DNA of 64,000 nucleotides, from the NCBI GenBank assembly GCA_951406725.2, contig OX597825.1, positions 2,480,001-2,544,000 on the forward strand, given 5' to 3'. Position numbers and translations under genes: made by a program. This stretch comes from Octopus vulgaris (lineage: Eukaryota). This document shows positions 13,984 to 28,539 of the stretch, piece by piece (position 1 is the first letter of the stretch; the number at the start of each line of letters is the position of its first letter). The notes beneath the pieces are model-generated. The model worked only from the letters and a program-made list of their open reading frames with translations. It searched no databases and was not told where the DNA came from.

Positions 13984-14050
13984 AGCAGGGACAGCTAGGA
14001 TACTTAGGAGAAATGTGGGCATCTGAGGTTACTTGCCGCTACCCAATAGG
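13984..14050 (+). mobile_element. Short 3' remnant of another R4/Dong-type LINE
   Basis: Encodes GTARILRRNVGI*, comparable to GTAHILRRTLSIQ* at the end of the 56436 ORF. Confidence 0.5.
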
Positions 14051-15332
14051 AAGGTTCTTGGCATCGAAGGCTACTTTCTTGTAGCCCGATGTGCTGAGAG
14101 CAATGCTTGCATTAACATTTCTTTTGAAGATGTAAGCTAAACTAAGATGATTGCATGAGATGAACGCTGGCAATAACAGGACCTTATATGCATTTTGTTC
14201 AGTTCCTTTAATCAATGTACACGAAGGGAAATTTCTGAAGCTGCAGAAACGAGGATCTTTTGGTTTTTCTTAACATTCTTTTTTAAATTGTCGTCAAACT
14301 CTTTCGAGGAGTAATGCATCCTTATTTTACTAAAGTAGTGGATGAATTATATTAGGATTTGAAGCAAACCCGTCGATGCATACAGCAAAATTGACAAAGC
14401 ACGGGAACATTGATGAGTAATGAAATATATCTGTTAATTATCTTTGTCCGCGTTTCCAAGAAAGATCTAACATTTCCTAGTTTATATTGCTAACGTTTGT
14501 TGGAATATCAAATGGTGCATATCAAATGATGTAATGAAGATCATTCCTTTGAATGATGTTGCGTAGTCAATTAATTCAAATCCAGAATTAGATCCAGAAG
14601 AAGAAAGTGCTGCAATAACATTGTAGAGATTAAAATTCTGAGAGCAAAATTTGGCAAAGAAATATCACACTGCTTAGTGTCTTTCAATATTTTCTGTCTG
14701 TTTACTCGGATTTGTGCTTGTTTTGACATTTGTCTGGGAAATAATTTTGCTTTTCATAGTCGTTCCTTTTTTCTCGTTATTTTACATCATTGTGTATAAA
14801 TTCTATTAATCAGATTCGTTAATTAGAAACGCAAAATGAACAAAGTTTTTTTTTATTTTATTTTATATATGATAAAATAAAACACATATGTTTTCAGTTT
14901 TAATTCGGTTGAGCTAGAGTACAAGACGAAAAAATACTTATATGAGGAAAATATTCAGTGAAATATTCGAATGATTTATGCACACGTCAAATTGTTTGAA
15001 ATTAAATTGATATCTCAAGAAATTATAAAATAATGAGTAAGAAGAATTAAAAATATAAAAATAAGTGATACGACTAGTTGTAGTTTCGTAGATTCTTCGT
15101 GAAAAACATAATATGCTGCTTTTCAATTACCGTGGTTACAAAGAAATCTTTCTTTCAAAAATCGAGACAGAAAGTGACAGAATCAATTTTTACACACACG
15201 CACATGATAACCTCCATAGTGTTACCTTCTACAATACCAAGTAAGTATTTTGTTCATACAGTAAATTGTACTCAATATTTTGTAGCAACATATTTATTAA
15301 CTCGCTGTCGTTACGAATATGTAGTGTATTAT

Positions 15333-15380
<48 letters not shown>

Positions 15381-15472
15381 TTATTTATCTTCGCGTGTGT
15401 ATAACCTATATAGAAGCTTATATAAATACGGATAACATAGCTATTGACTCGTTGATTGAAAAAATCAAATAC

Positions 15473-15519
15473 AACCTTAATCGATTTTTCGAATCGTATT
15501 AGATTCTCATCAGAGGGTT
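15473..15519 (-). ncRNA. Type I hammerhead ribozyme motif
   Basis: Minus: aaccct CUGAUGA gaauc-uaauac-gauuc GAAA aaucgau UA agguu. Core intact, 5-bp stem II, near-palindromic stem III, imperfect stem I. Confidence 0.7.
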
Positions 15520-15780
15520 CTGCATTAATTTGAACAATCCCAGAGAAACAAGCAGCCGATCTGTTTACATACTCAACAATTACAGAAGCTACGGAAAATT
15601 GGAGCCAGAAATGTGCAGACCCGTAAGTGATAGCACATTATTTCGCCCCTTCACGGGGACGGAAATCTATACGCTATCAACGTATGATATAATCTTTGTA
15701 ACCTATATACGTAGATGATATATAATAAACAGATTTAAATTAGCTCTTTTTACGTAAATTGAAAATATGATGAGCAAATA

Positions 15781-15810
15781 TAATCGATTTTCGGGTTCTC
15801 ATCAGGGACA
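15781..15810 (-). ncRNA. Degenerate hammerhead, second copy of a ~303-bp direct repeat
   Basis: Minus: CUGAUGA gaaccc GAAA aucgau UA, with stem II collapsed. Flanks are homologous to 15440-15610. Confidence 0.5.
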
Positions 15811-15947
15811 TCTTCATGAATTTGACTAACAGGGAAGCAAGAAGCCAATCTGTTTTTATAGTCAACAATTACAATAGCTGCAGAAGATAGGAGTTACTAA
15901 TTTGTGTACTGAAAGTCTTAACAATTTCATTATTCAATAAACTTTTC

Positions 15948-16028
15948 AACTCTAGGCACAAGGCCCGAAATTTTGGGGGAGGGGGCCAGTAGTTTAGATC
16001 TACTCCAGTACGCAACTAGTATTAAATT
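15948..16028 (-). mobile_element. Nin/Deu-SINE 3' fragment
   Basis: ctctaggcacaaggcccgaaattttgggggagggggccag matches the tail of the 10588 copy. Confidence 0.7.
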
Positions 16029-16129
16029 CCCTCTTATATTTATGTATATATATATATATATATTACTTTTTTAATTTTAATTGTTTAAAGTTTTAAAATC
16101 TCAAGACGAAATAGATTAGTAACGTATAC

Positions 16130-18400
16130 TAAACAGTAAAGTAAGTGACCACATCAAAGTGGCAGCTGTAAGTTACACCTCCCTCATATGGTTTTCGGTG
16201 TAAGTTCTACACTCTTTATATACAATATATCACTAGCAGGGGGAGCGAACCCCTATTACCTGCTGGAGGGTAGTAGGGCTTCGTTCCTCATGCTACCGAT
16301 ACATTGTACAAAAAGGATGCACCGAAAACCAGCTGGCAGATAATCCACCTGTTGTTAAACTAGTAATAGCATTCAGCTGCCACTTTGATGCGGCTATTCG
16401 CCTTTTCAGTTTTTAAGTTTTCTTTTTCTTCTTCTACAGAACGTTTCCAGTTTCAATACATGAAGAAATTCTAGCACAAAATCCACCAATGTTTTCATTT
16501 TATTACTGTCTCCGTACATTCCCAGGGTCAGTATTTAAGAAAATTCTAGGATTCTACCACGTTAAATGTTAAAAAAATTAAAATTTAAAAAGTAAAATAT
16601 TAATAAATGCCATTATATGTATAGTTTTAAAATTTTTACTTGAAAATTTAACTTAAAATACTCAAAAACATTTATTTCAAACTTTAAGCGAAAATACAAA
16701 TTGGCTGCAAGATTGCGTATTAAAATTTGAACTTAAAAATTTATATATTTAAAAATTCACTTATTAGGAATTTAAGCAACGATTCACAAATATGACACTT
16801 AAGTATTTTTTAGAAATCCTCGAATCATTTCTACATTTGGCATTTAATCTGTTCATTAACTTACACTTTATTAAAAATATTTTTTCTGAGTGTAAATAAA
16901 AAATAGTTTGTGATCTGATAATGTAAAACTTTAAAGAAATTAATTCTTTTGTTTCTATAATTTTTTTGTTACTATTTTCATTAATCATTTGAATTACATA
17001 TATTCTGCTTGAGTTTCATTTTATAACACAATATCTGTGATATAAAATTTTTCGATTATCAGTTTTGTTAAGAAACTCCAATTAAAAAAAAACAAAACAA
17101 TATAATCTAAAAAAAACAATATAATCCTAAAAATATAAAGAAATTTTAAAATGAGATGTATCAACTTAAATTTTTTTAAATGCAATAAAATATGAAAGAC
17201 AAAGAAGCTTACACTGTGATTTATGAAAAAAATTCAGAATTTTATTTCGAACATTTTAAATTCAGCGGAAATATTAATATTTTTTGCTCCTTTACTCGCT
17301 CTTTCCTAATTTCATTTTATTAGAATATTCTACTGTTATGCCCACAATTTTCGTTCTGTTACTGCTGGTTCTATACTTTTCTAGGTTCAATAGTTGGGAA
17401 TATTCTAGGATTATGAGCCCGCATTTATCATTCTAATGTAATTTTTTTCCAGGCAACGCTTCCATTATTATAATTAATTATATTTACATTATAATAGAAA
17501 AAAATGATAATATTATAAATATTTTCAAAATGCATATTTTCTTAGAAATTTTGCTTGCACCTAAAAATGAGAAAGGATGAATAACAGCAGATCTCTGAAG
17601 AACGAATTTATTTTTAAAGAATTTTATTATAAAATAAAATATTCTAATTGAATGATTAATGAATAGCTCTATACATGTCAAAAGTCTTTTATTTTTTAAT
17701 GTTTTTTTTATATGTACATAATTTAATACATTGACAAAATAATAAACAGTAAGATGAAATCGCCAAAAATTCATAACGATTTTTATGTTTTATTTTTCTG
17801 GACGGGGTTTTCTGTAGAAAAATTCATTTGAGTTCAAATAATGTTATATTTCTTTTAAAAACAAAAGTATTTTGATTTCTTAAAATTACTATATTTTCTT
17901 TCATCATTTAAATTTTTAATAATTTTTGACAAGGTTTTCAGCATGATTCCTTTCACAGAATTCTTTCATCTGAAGTAAAATCACAAGTGCAGAAGAGTAC
18001 TCTGTACCATTAAGCTGCGCAATTCATTACATCAAACGCCATCCTTTGTACTTGTAAATATCTTAAAATGAAAAAAATATTTTAACTATTTGAAATGGTC
18101 ACCTTCTATTTCTTCACTTAAAATCACACCACTTTTTCTGTAAGCAAATATTTCATGACGAAATTTTCACCAAACGATCCTACTCAATGGGAACATTTCT
18201 TTTAAGTGCACTTAATATGTGGTTAATTTTAAAAATATCTCAGATATTTTGATACAAAGTAAATTGTCCGCATTCCTCATCCATTTTTGACCTCACATGT
18301 TTTGACGTAACTTGTTTTGAATAAAAATAATTCCAGTTGTTTGATCGCAAAATATAGTTGAAGATTTGACCGTCAGTGCTACAAAAACTGTATTAAATAT
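16130..18400 (-). mobile_element. Highly degraded Penelope-like element with a terminal foldback
   Basis: Minus-strand remnants in the expected order: FYFIIKFFKNKFVLQRSAVIHPF (RT domain 4-like), KKYLSVIFVNRCLN (thumb/linker-like), NVVES..LNTDPG (like the GIY-YIG C-terminus). Inverted repeat at 16130-16415. Confidence 0.4.
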
Positions 18401-18895
18401 CATTGAGAAGTGAATTAGTCAAAAAGCCCCCAAAGCACGCAAGTAACAAAAAGTCGACCTTAAGAATAAATAATAACAAGAATAAATACACCCACTGCCG
18501 AGTGTGGAAGATGTACATACATGTGCTTATGTATGTGTTCCTGTATCCAATGTATACGTCTATACATGCATATCAAAGTATAAAAAAGTTGGGACGTGTG
18601 TATTGCACAGCCTTTCTATTAAAGCAACATCACCAAAATTTTGAAGAGATCCAACCATTCCAGCATTTTGGATTACACTTTATGGAATCAGAGATAATTT
18701 TCAAGTAGCCTAAAGTGCATCATATTGCATTGTGTTGTTAGCTCTGCTGCAGCAACAGCAAATGTTGTCAACTTTATCCATTCAAACCAAGCACGTATCA
18801 TTAACAAATACAATATTCTACATAAGTAAAAGAGAGTAATCAATATTAATCGATACATGCCGTAACAATTTTCCCTTCTATGTTTCTCTGTTCTT

Positions 18896-18927
<32 letters not shown>

Positions 18928-18932
18928 TCTCT

Positions 18933-18982
<50 letters not shown>

Positions 18983-19131
18983 TGTATATATGTTTGTATG
19001 CATGTGCTTATTATGCGTACGTATATAAGATGTCCATTATGTGTAAACGCATGTTATATCGAACAGCTGGTTTACTTCGATTTAAATATAATCTCTTCAA
19101 TTTCGGAAACCTCTTCTCCCTCCTTCTCTCT

Positions 19132-19210
<79 letters not shown>

Positions 19211-19813
19211 GGATGTATATATATACATACATACATTTTTCTACTAACAATTGCCCAAACTATCCATCTTTTGAATGCACAACACAATATCAACCTTTAG
19301 TTTTGAACTTCACGTTGTCGTCTCTGTGAAATTATTTATTTGAATGAAATATTAGCAATTGCCATTGTCTGGCGCTGTTTGATGTCACGCTCTGCTTCAG
19401 GAATCGCTGTTAAAGGTCAATATTGAAGCTATTGCAGAGATAAGGCTACAGCTGTCATGGTCTGCTCGGTGTCTGTCTATTTAGAGAAGTGGTATTTTAT
19501 TATATCACAGATTTCTTTCATTGGCTACGGCCATGCTGGGGCATGTTCTTGAAGGATTTCAATCGATCATTGCGACCTCTGTAATTATTACAGTATGGTA
19601 CATAATTTCCTGAATTCTGAATTATCGATGCGTTAACTTAGGTGTTTCAACGTGGAACGCAGCCACGATTTACATCGTTGAACATGAAAAAATGAAAACT
19701 GACAAAACCAGACAAATCGACGCGTATACATGTGTGTATATCAAGTTGACTCATGCTTAAGCTCTTGCCAATTTCCATGTAAGCAAATATATACATATAC
19801 ATACTTATATGCA

Positions 19814-19858
<45 letters not shown>

Positions 19859-20329
19859 ATGTGTGTGTGTGTGTGTATATATAAGTGTGTATATATATTT
19901 ATGTGTATATATGTATGTCTATATATATCTATATATGTATGAATGTAATTGTGCGTGTGTCTATATATGTATATATATATATCTTATGGCGAGAACAGGT
20001 CGATGTCCTCCACTGCGTTGTCGCTAGATTTTGCTTGAGCTTATCCAGAGTTGTTTTCTTCGGTATTTCCAATTCATAACGTCTAAATTGCTAGAAACGC
20101 GTCTGAAAATTCAAGAGAATGCAACACTGGACACCGTTTTGCTATAAGAAGAATCTTTTCTCCACACAGAGCAAAACCATAGCAAATACTAAGGGGAAAT
20201 ACTTAGATTTTTTTTTTAATCGATCGCTGTTTCTGGAATCTCGAAGTTATAGAATTATCGTAAGACTCATAATTAGCAGATTGTTTGCGCAAAAGTCAGC
20301 AAATTACCTTAGACCGTCTTGATTCATAA

Positions 20330-20930
20330 AGAGAAAAGAATTTGAAAACAGCAGTTTACATAGTAGGGTGAAAACCTTAAAGTGTGAAGGGGTGAAAGGA
20401 AACAAAAGAGAAGATGTAGGGAGAGGGGATATGTAAATATGTTAGAATTGGGGCTAGAAAGGTAGCGGAAGTGCATTAAAAGAGACGAGGTAGAGATAGG
20501 GAGGAAGAGGTCAGTAATTATAGGAATGGACAGAAGAATTGAACTGAAGGGAGGAGGGAGGAGTAGATAAGGTCAGTATGGTTAATGTAGACGCCACTGG
20601 AGAACGGGTATGCCAATAAGCAGACCTTAAATCAACTGACCACAGAGAAAACAGAGGGAGAAAGCAATGAGATGAAGGAACGGCGGTGTGGATGGCTGAG
20701 CGGGAGGGCTGATGAGATAGGGAGAAATGTACGAGAGATTAGAGAGGATTAGATTTCAGTTAAGGGTAGGAGATGGCTATAGGAGTATAGAAGAAGGAGC
20801 AAAGAAACAATTCAAGGAATAAGGGTAGTATAACTGCCTTGGCAGATATGATGAAAACTGGAGAAAGATACAAAGAAAGAGGGAGAGAGAGAGGCGGGGA
20901 GAGAATGACGGAAAAATAGAAGGAATATGC
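20330..20930 (-). mobile_element. Purine-skewed relic, possibly a Neptune-type PLE
   Basis: Strong G/A strand skew like the blocks at 34930-35820 and 48480-49260. No clean motif. Confidence 0.25.
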
Positions 20931-22275
20931 TACTATCATACTATGACGTTAGGGCTTAATCATAATTATGAGAGATTACAGAGAATTTAAACAATTGGCA
21001 AAACTGGATTAATTACAAAAATACAATAGGATATTTTAAATAATGAATGGCTACGGGGGTTCATTCACGTAAAACAGTAATCAAAGGGGTCCATAGGCAA
21101 AACAATCGTTGACAAACACTGCTCAGGAGGATCCTTTCGAAAACATTCATTTGAGCCCGGTAGCAGCGCTTAAGGTCAAGAGTATAGCTATTGGAGACCC
21201 TATCCTCGTGGGTTTCTACAGTAGTCTAGTTTGAAAATGATATCATTTCTTCTCATATACGCTGTAGTGCACCACGCGTGGTCAAACACACAAACAAACA
21301 CACACACACACAATTAATGTAGGTCTATTTCCCTATGTACGCAAAGCGATTTTCTTGTGTTTTGTATGACAGATGCCACAATTGAAGTGTTAACGAGTAT
21401 TTGGTTCAAAACAGGGACAACTCTTATCCGTACAGCTTCCGACATTTTAAGATATATTATGCTATTGAAAGTATGCCCATGAATCTCATATTATAATTCT
21501 GTGTCTACTTAAACTTGTACAAGTTTATTCAATTTATGATGTCGTGACTTTGACAAATGATCTGTGAAGCAAATGGATCTGTTAGAATACTTACGACTTC
21601 CCTGCCTGTGGTGAGACTTCTACCGGTTTCTCGAATGTACGACATGTTAGATTTAACTTCTTATACAACCTTCGAATTGGACAATAACAAAACGCCCTTG
21701 ATCATAGGCCTGCTAGATTTAGTCTTACATACTGGAACTAAACCATGTGAACTCTGCTTTCATTGCCACATGTAAATTTCGGAGATATTTGTTTGTAACA
21801 AAATATTCGCTATAAAAAAATACAATTATCTCAATTTAACATAAATTAACCAAAATACATCGAATGGAAATATATAGTTTTATTTATTAAATCTGCGCGC
21901 TTCCGAACAAATGGGGGACTGTGATCTCAGAAAATCCAGGTGTAACATTCTCACCATTTTGGCTGGCGTAATGTACCTAGAAGGTCTCTATGCAGAATTC
22001 ATATTTAGAATTTTACTGTATATCTCTATACAGCATTCATACATGTTAAGTGAGTGACAGGTAAATATTTCTTAAAATAAAATCATAATACTAACAAACT
22101 TAACATGAATCCTTAAATATGCGGTACGAGCGAACCGAGAACTAGGAATTCTGCTCAGGGAAGTTAATCAGTGAAGGTAGATGCTAAAGAGAGCACATCG
22201 CTCTTTTAATTACATCAAACAATTATATGTGTGTGTCTACATATAAACAGACAGACATACACATCTATGCTTGCA

Positions 22276-22335
<60 letters not shown>

Positions 22336-23756
22336 CACATAGACTCACACACTATCAGCCCTTGTCTAATTGGCGGAGCCTTTCGTAAAATGCTATATAG
22401 CGTTTGGGTAACTTTAACTTCTGTTTACAGAGTTGCAGAACATTTCAGACTTCGAAACATATTACCTAACTTTGAAGAATTCAACCTAACTAGTACTGAT
22501 CTCTGTCTCCTTGCAGAAAATCACTGAAGGCAATGTATTGGAATGGCTTCGGTTCAATAACTGAAACTATCAGGAGATGCTACTTCAACAAAATTACAAG
22601 TTCTATTTATTTATCAATTTCTTGCCCTCCATTTACATACACACATGAGATTTTACTATTTGACACTTTGCTAACCTTAATTATGTTAACTTATATTTTG
22701 TGGTTGTTTTCGATGTGATAATTAGAATAAATTGTGTGGCTAATATGAACAATGATTGTTGCTATGATCGTGAAGTTCATCTTGATTGGAGAAATTTATA
22801 CCCAAATGCATTCCAGCGGCAACGATCATTTTGTCACGTCTGCAGTTATAGAATACCTAGGGATACATAAAGCAATGTAATTTGAAGCCAGTAATTTCGA
22901 TATCTAAGTGAAGGCCTGGATTAAGAGCGAGGGCGGAGGTTGCGCATCCACAGACACTGTAGCTTGAGTGAGATTTAGTGAGAAGTGGTGTATAAAGAGC
23001 CGAGATCAATTCCAGACAGGTCGAAGAAAAAGAGAAGAAATGAATTGTTAACAAATGAGACTAGTTTTAAATAGCTGTTTAACATCTTATGGAAAAAGTA
23101 CGGCAGTGTTTCCATGAGGTGCATTAAGCATCTGTAGGAATCGTAAACAAGTGTTTTTGGAATGTTCTAATCCGAATGTTAAAGGCAGGCAGTTGCCAGA
23201 TGACTGTGCAAATCCGAGCAGTGTGATGTGTTTCTACTCAGTAAAAAGCAAGCAACTTCTATCCGATACATCACAAGAATATTTTAGAAGTATCTGGGTA
23301 TCGCAATCAGTAACTGTAGTAGATATGGTGGTGGTGGTGGTGGTGGTGAGTATACTTGAGTAGTGAAGGTAGTAATGTCGGTGTTATTAGTGCTGGTGGC
23401 GTCGCCGTTGGTGGTTACATTAATATTAAGAGGAAGAGAAAGATGATGATTATAATGACAGGGAGGAGGAGGAGGAGGAGGAAGAAGCAGGGGAGACGGG
23501 AGCGATGGTGATAGAGAATGCAGTGATGGTGGTAGAGGTTGTCATTTGTAGAATCTCTGAGGAATGCAGTGATTGTGGTGATTGAGAAGAGTGGAGATGT
23601 ATTTTGAAACATGTTGACGTTGGGCTTTAGCAGTGACAAGCAACATGGTACTGTTAATGTAGTAAAACAGAATATATATATATTTTTAAACAACTATGCT
23701 GTTTAAGGATAAGGCAGTCCTTCGAAAATCCATTCAATTTGCGTTTATTATATGCA

Positions 23757-23879
23757 GCTGCCTTTCATCCTTTCGGGGTCGATAAATATAATACCAGTTT
23801 AGCACTGGGTTCGATGTAATCGACTTAATCCGTTTGTCTGTCCCCTCTATGTTTAGCCCCTTGTGGGCAATAAAGAAAT
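23757..23879 (+). mobile_element. Nin/Deu-domain SINE, 5' truncated
   Basis: gcctttcatcctttcggggtcgataaa...ccag...gggttcgatgtaatcgactt...ccccttgtgggcaataaagaaa. Confidence 0.8.
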
Positions 23880-24002
23880 ATATATATATACAGTTGACCA
23901 AATGTCAAACACGTGGGAGACTTTATGCAGTAATATTACGGAATCATTGTGGATATCTATAACCGTTACGGCAAAATCCCCAATCTATCACTGGCCAGAT
24001 TA

Positions 24003-24869
24003 CGTGGTCTAATCTGTATCCGGATTGTTGCCATAGTAACGACGCAAAAGCACGTCGCGTGATGCCGCTTGCACAGATTTATCTTATACTCTGCTGTGCA
24101 TGCGCACTAAGTTTTAATGTTCTAGCTCACTTCCGCTGCTTACAGTAGTACCTGGAAGGTGTGTAGCGTGTGATCATCGAATTGACCATAAGAGAAACAA
24201 GTTGAGCACGAAATCTGCATAACATTTTGCCAAAAGCTTGACGATATCTGCTGAAAGGCCTACACAAAGTTTTCAAAAGGTTTTCATCGTTTTCATCAGG
24301 ATCAATGCGACCTTGCGCAAATGAAACCCGACTGTGTTTTTGGTCAACTAAAAGCAGTTTTGGCACAAACTTGGCAGACATGTGTCTCATACACAACTCT
24401 TCAGAGATAATAGACTGAAATAAAGCGTAACTAATGAGAACATTGTCTGATAACTTACGGATGGTGATTCGATGATTTCCCTTGACAGTTGCGCACACAT
24501 CTGCGATATTTTTTTCCAGTTGTGCTGGTTGAGGATGTCCTAGAGCGTTCGTCAATATCAACATTTTTCGGTCATCTTGGAAACCACTCGTATACTTGTT
24601 TGCGGCTCATACACTCCGCCCCATACAATTTCTGCAAATTTGTCTTAGGCCTCTGAGCAGGAATCGCTATGAAAACTTTCTCCGTCATTGTCAATGCGAC
24701 GATCACACTGCTTCTAAGCACTGCTGTTTACAGCAGAAGTTAGCTAGAACGCTAAAACTTGGTGCCTATGCACAACAGAGGTACGGTCAATCTTTGCCCA
24801 GCGGCTACACTCTGCGTGCTTTAGCTTCGTTACTATGGCAACAGTCCGGAACTTATTGATCAGACCAAG
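24003..24869 (-). mobile_element. Non-autonomous mariner derivative made of two inverted 5' ends, flanked by TA
   Basis: Minus ORF remnant GHPQPAQLEKNIADVCATVKGNHRITIRKLSDNVLISY..IISEELCMRHMSAKFVPKLL (mariner HTH region and WVPxxL-type linker). ~24003-24250 is an inverted copy of ~24660-24869. TA at 24001-2 and 24870-1. Confidence 0.85.
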
Positions 24870-25774
24870 TATGCGATTGTGTTTCTTTTCTTGGTACTGT
24901 TACTATTGCGGTTGCTATTATTGCTGTTCAATCTGGTCATGATTTTGCGGTGCTTTATAGTACAAAAGAATATCGAAAGAAATATTTCTACGTGATTATA
25001 CGGAAATGATTAGCTTTTGGAAACTTGAATTAATTGGCCTTCAGTATAACTTGGTGATCGAATAACGAGAAACGGGACAGTTTTCGGAGCGAAGTTGCTG
25101 AAATATGATATTTTTGCATTCCCGTTCGCAAAAGGCCTGGGCAGGCATTTGCGAGAATATCAAATTTATTCTCTGTTCAACTATATCTTTTACAGTCATG
25201 TAATATATCGATAGTGACATCCGTTTATAAAGCAACATTTCGAAATATCTATTAATATATTTGGTGAAATTCTTGCGTTATTTATTTGTTGTCAATTTAG
25301 ACGGAGGAATGTATGTATTATTCAATGCTGATAGTAGATTTAATTGAATTCGTCTCAGTAGAATACACAATCACACACTGCTGGGGGATAACATCGAATA
25401 TGTGGCATGAAATATATAGCGTGATACAGTAATAACTTGCAAATATATAAGAACAAGTGTTTTTTTTTTCTCTGTACCAAATATAAAAATATACTTACAC
25501 ATATGAAATTGCTTTACCCAATATGAATTGTGTAAAGATTACTTCGTTATTATTATTTTCTCATTTTGAGATAAATCAGAAAAAAAGAAAACATTTTCTT
25601 ACGATTCAGTATCGAATATGTTAGTATAGTTACATCTACTTCAAGATTTCTAATGCTTTCAGGAGAAAACAGAAAATAGAATTTTCAGAAACAAATAAAG
25701 CTTCAGTGGTTTGTTGCTGATAATTTATACGGCAAAATCATGTTCTCTGGATATGTAGTTAGTTCTGAGGTACG

Positions 25775-26105
25775 CATGTATGCATGCATGTATGTATGTA
25801 TGTATGTATGAATGTATGTATGTATGTATGTACGTATGTATGTATGTACGTATGTATGAATGTATGTATGTATGAATGTATGTATGAATGTATGTATGTA
25901 CATTATGTATGTATGTATGTATGAAATGTATGTATGAATGTATGTATGTACATTATGTATGTATGTATGTATGAATGTATGTATGTATGAATGTATGTAT
26001 GAATGTATGTACGTACGTATGTATGTACGTATGAATGTATTTACGTACATATACATGTGTATGTATAAATATATATATGTTTATGTATTTATATGTGTAT
26101 AAGTT

Positions 26106-26185
<80 letters not shown>
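25775..26185. repeat. (TATG)n/(GAAT) compound and (TA)n microsatellites
   Basis: Seen directly. Confidence 0.95.
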
Positions 26186-26306
26186 ACGATACTTTGAACA
26201 AAAGAACTGGCTATTAAAAGCAAATATAAATATTGATAAGAACGCACATGGGCAAATTTGGACACACGGAAGTTTAACATAACATCAACCATTCACACAC
26301 AAGCAT

Positions 26307-26362
<56 letters not shown>

Positions 26363-26659
26363 GTATTTATTTATTTATTAAAAGTAGGTCCGAGTCCTTG
26401 AGTTCCAGAAAATAATTCCTACCAAATCGAAATTCTATTGATCCTGCTCAATTTAACATGAAATATGGCTTCAAAGTTGTGCGATATATTTCACTCTACT
26501 ATTAAGGAATATCATTTCTTTATAAAACATATTGCGTACATGATGTTGTAGGGGAGAAACCGTTTACAATAATACATACACACACGTGGTGGGTGTGTGT
26601 GTATGTGTGTGAGAGACAGAGAGAGAGAGGGACTGATAGAGAATGTGTGAGAGAACTTC

Positions 26660-27022
<363 letters not shown>

Positions 27023-28046
27023 AGCAGACGGATAGACAGACACAGAAAAACAGATTGTGATATAGAGAAAGGGACAAACAGACAGACATGCACATATTAT
27101 ATCTATGTTTATACATACGTAACGCCATACTTACACGACCAGCGCACAGACAGACGCACTCATTTTATACTAGACATAGTGTTATAGTAAGCGTTATTAT
27201 AAACATTGGTTGGTGGTGTTGAAGCCAAAGCAGTGTGATGGTCTGTGGCATTTATTAATGGTGAATAGTGTGTTAACTTAGGAAAACTTAAGGCACATCA
27301 TAAATCTTTAATCTCTTATACCACACTTGTGACATCGACCATTCCGAAAGAAAGCAGATAAATGTATATCACTCATCCAGCCTCCCCCTTCAGCTTACCA
27401 ACTTTGATTTTGATTTACATGAAATTCAATACAGACAATGCTGTCGTCAACACAAAGATAACATACTAACGGCAATAATAATAGAAAAATAAATGAACAA
27501 AACGAAGAAATAAATATAAAACCCGCATGTAAACTCTGACAGTTTGAAAACTCCGATGTGCCAGAGATCAATGTACAGGTCACAGAAGTGCTATAAAAGA
27601 CTTCAATACTCATAAGCAAATAATGAAAGAATAAAAGAAGTGGATAACCAGAACCGGTGTGTGTGTGTGTGTGTGTGTGTTGAATTATTGCGAAGTTGAC
27701 TCTTCCAAAAATCACCCAAAATATATATTACATAAAAATATTATAGCATATATTTTATTTGATGATGGCTTTGTAAGTAGATGGTACGGTGTATGGTTAA
27801 TTTAGATGTAGAAGTAGCTGTTTTTGCATGTATGATTACGATATAGATACACACACACGCACACACACACACATATATGTACATAAGCATAAACACATAC
27901 ATATGTGTGTGTGTGTGTGTGTGTCCTTTAGAGTTGGTCAAAACATATATTCACACGCATGCACCTTACGGGTGATAATTTGATATATCAACACAATAGA
28001 CCGTGTAAAGCGAACACAAAAGGGAATGACTCAAGGCTGCTGTTGG

Positions 28047-28093
<47 letters not shown>

Positions 28094-28539
28094 GGGGGGT
28101 ATGTATATATATATATATATATATACACATACACACACACAGGTATATATAAGTGTGTGTGTGTGTGTACGATGTTTAGACAGCATAACAGAATCACATT
28201 TAGCAGTTTTTCTATTGACAATGTTACAAATTCAGAATTTTCCTCCTCAGTACAAATGGCTACACATTTATGACGCATGCTTCGCTCTGTACCGTATAAT
28301 ACTTTGTCGTTTCTTTGTTTGCCGACATTTATATGCATATCAGTTAAACTTTGTGAGTTCCAAAGAGAGGAACAATTGTTGCAATGCAGTTTACTAGTGC
28401 TTCAGTCACTAAAAATCGCGGAATTGTAAAACATGTTGAGAAGTATGGTCTCTTAAACTATGTCGGCCTTCCAACGGCAAAGGAAAACCTGATCTAGCAA
28501 ATGTATTTCTTGATGGAAAGTACACCTTACAGCGAGAGA

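Noticed and set aside
20085-20110. GAAACGCGTC, resembling an HHR 3' half
   Set aside because: No upstream core or stems are identifiable.
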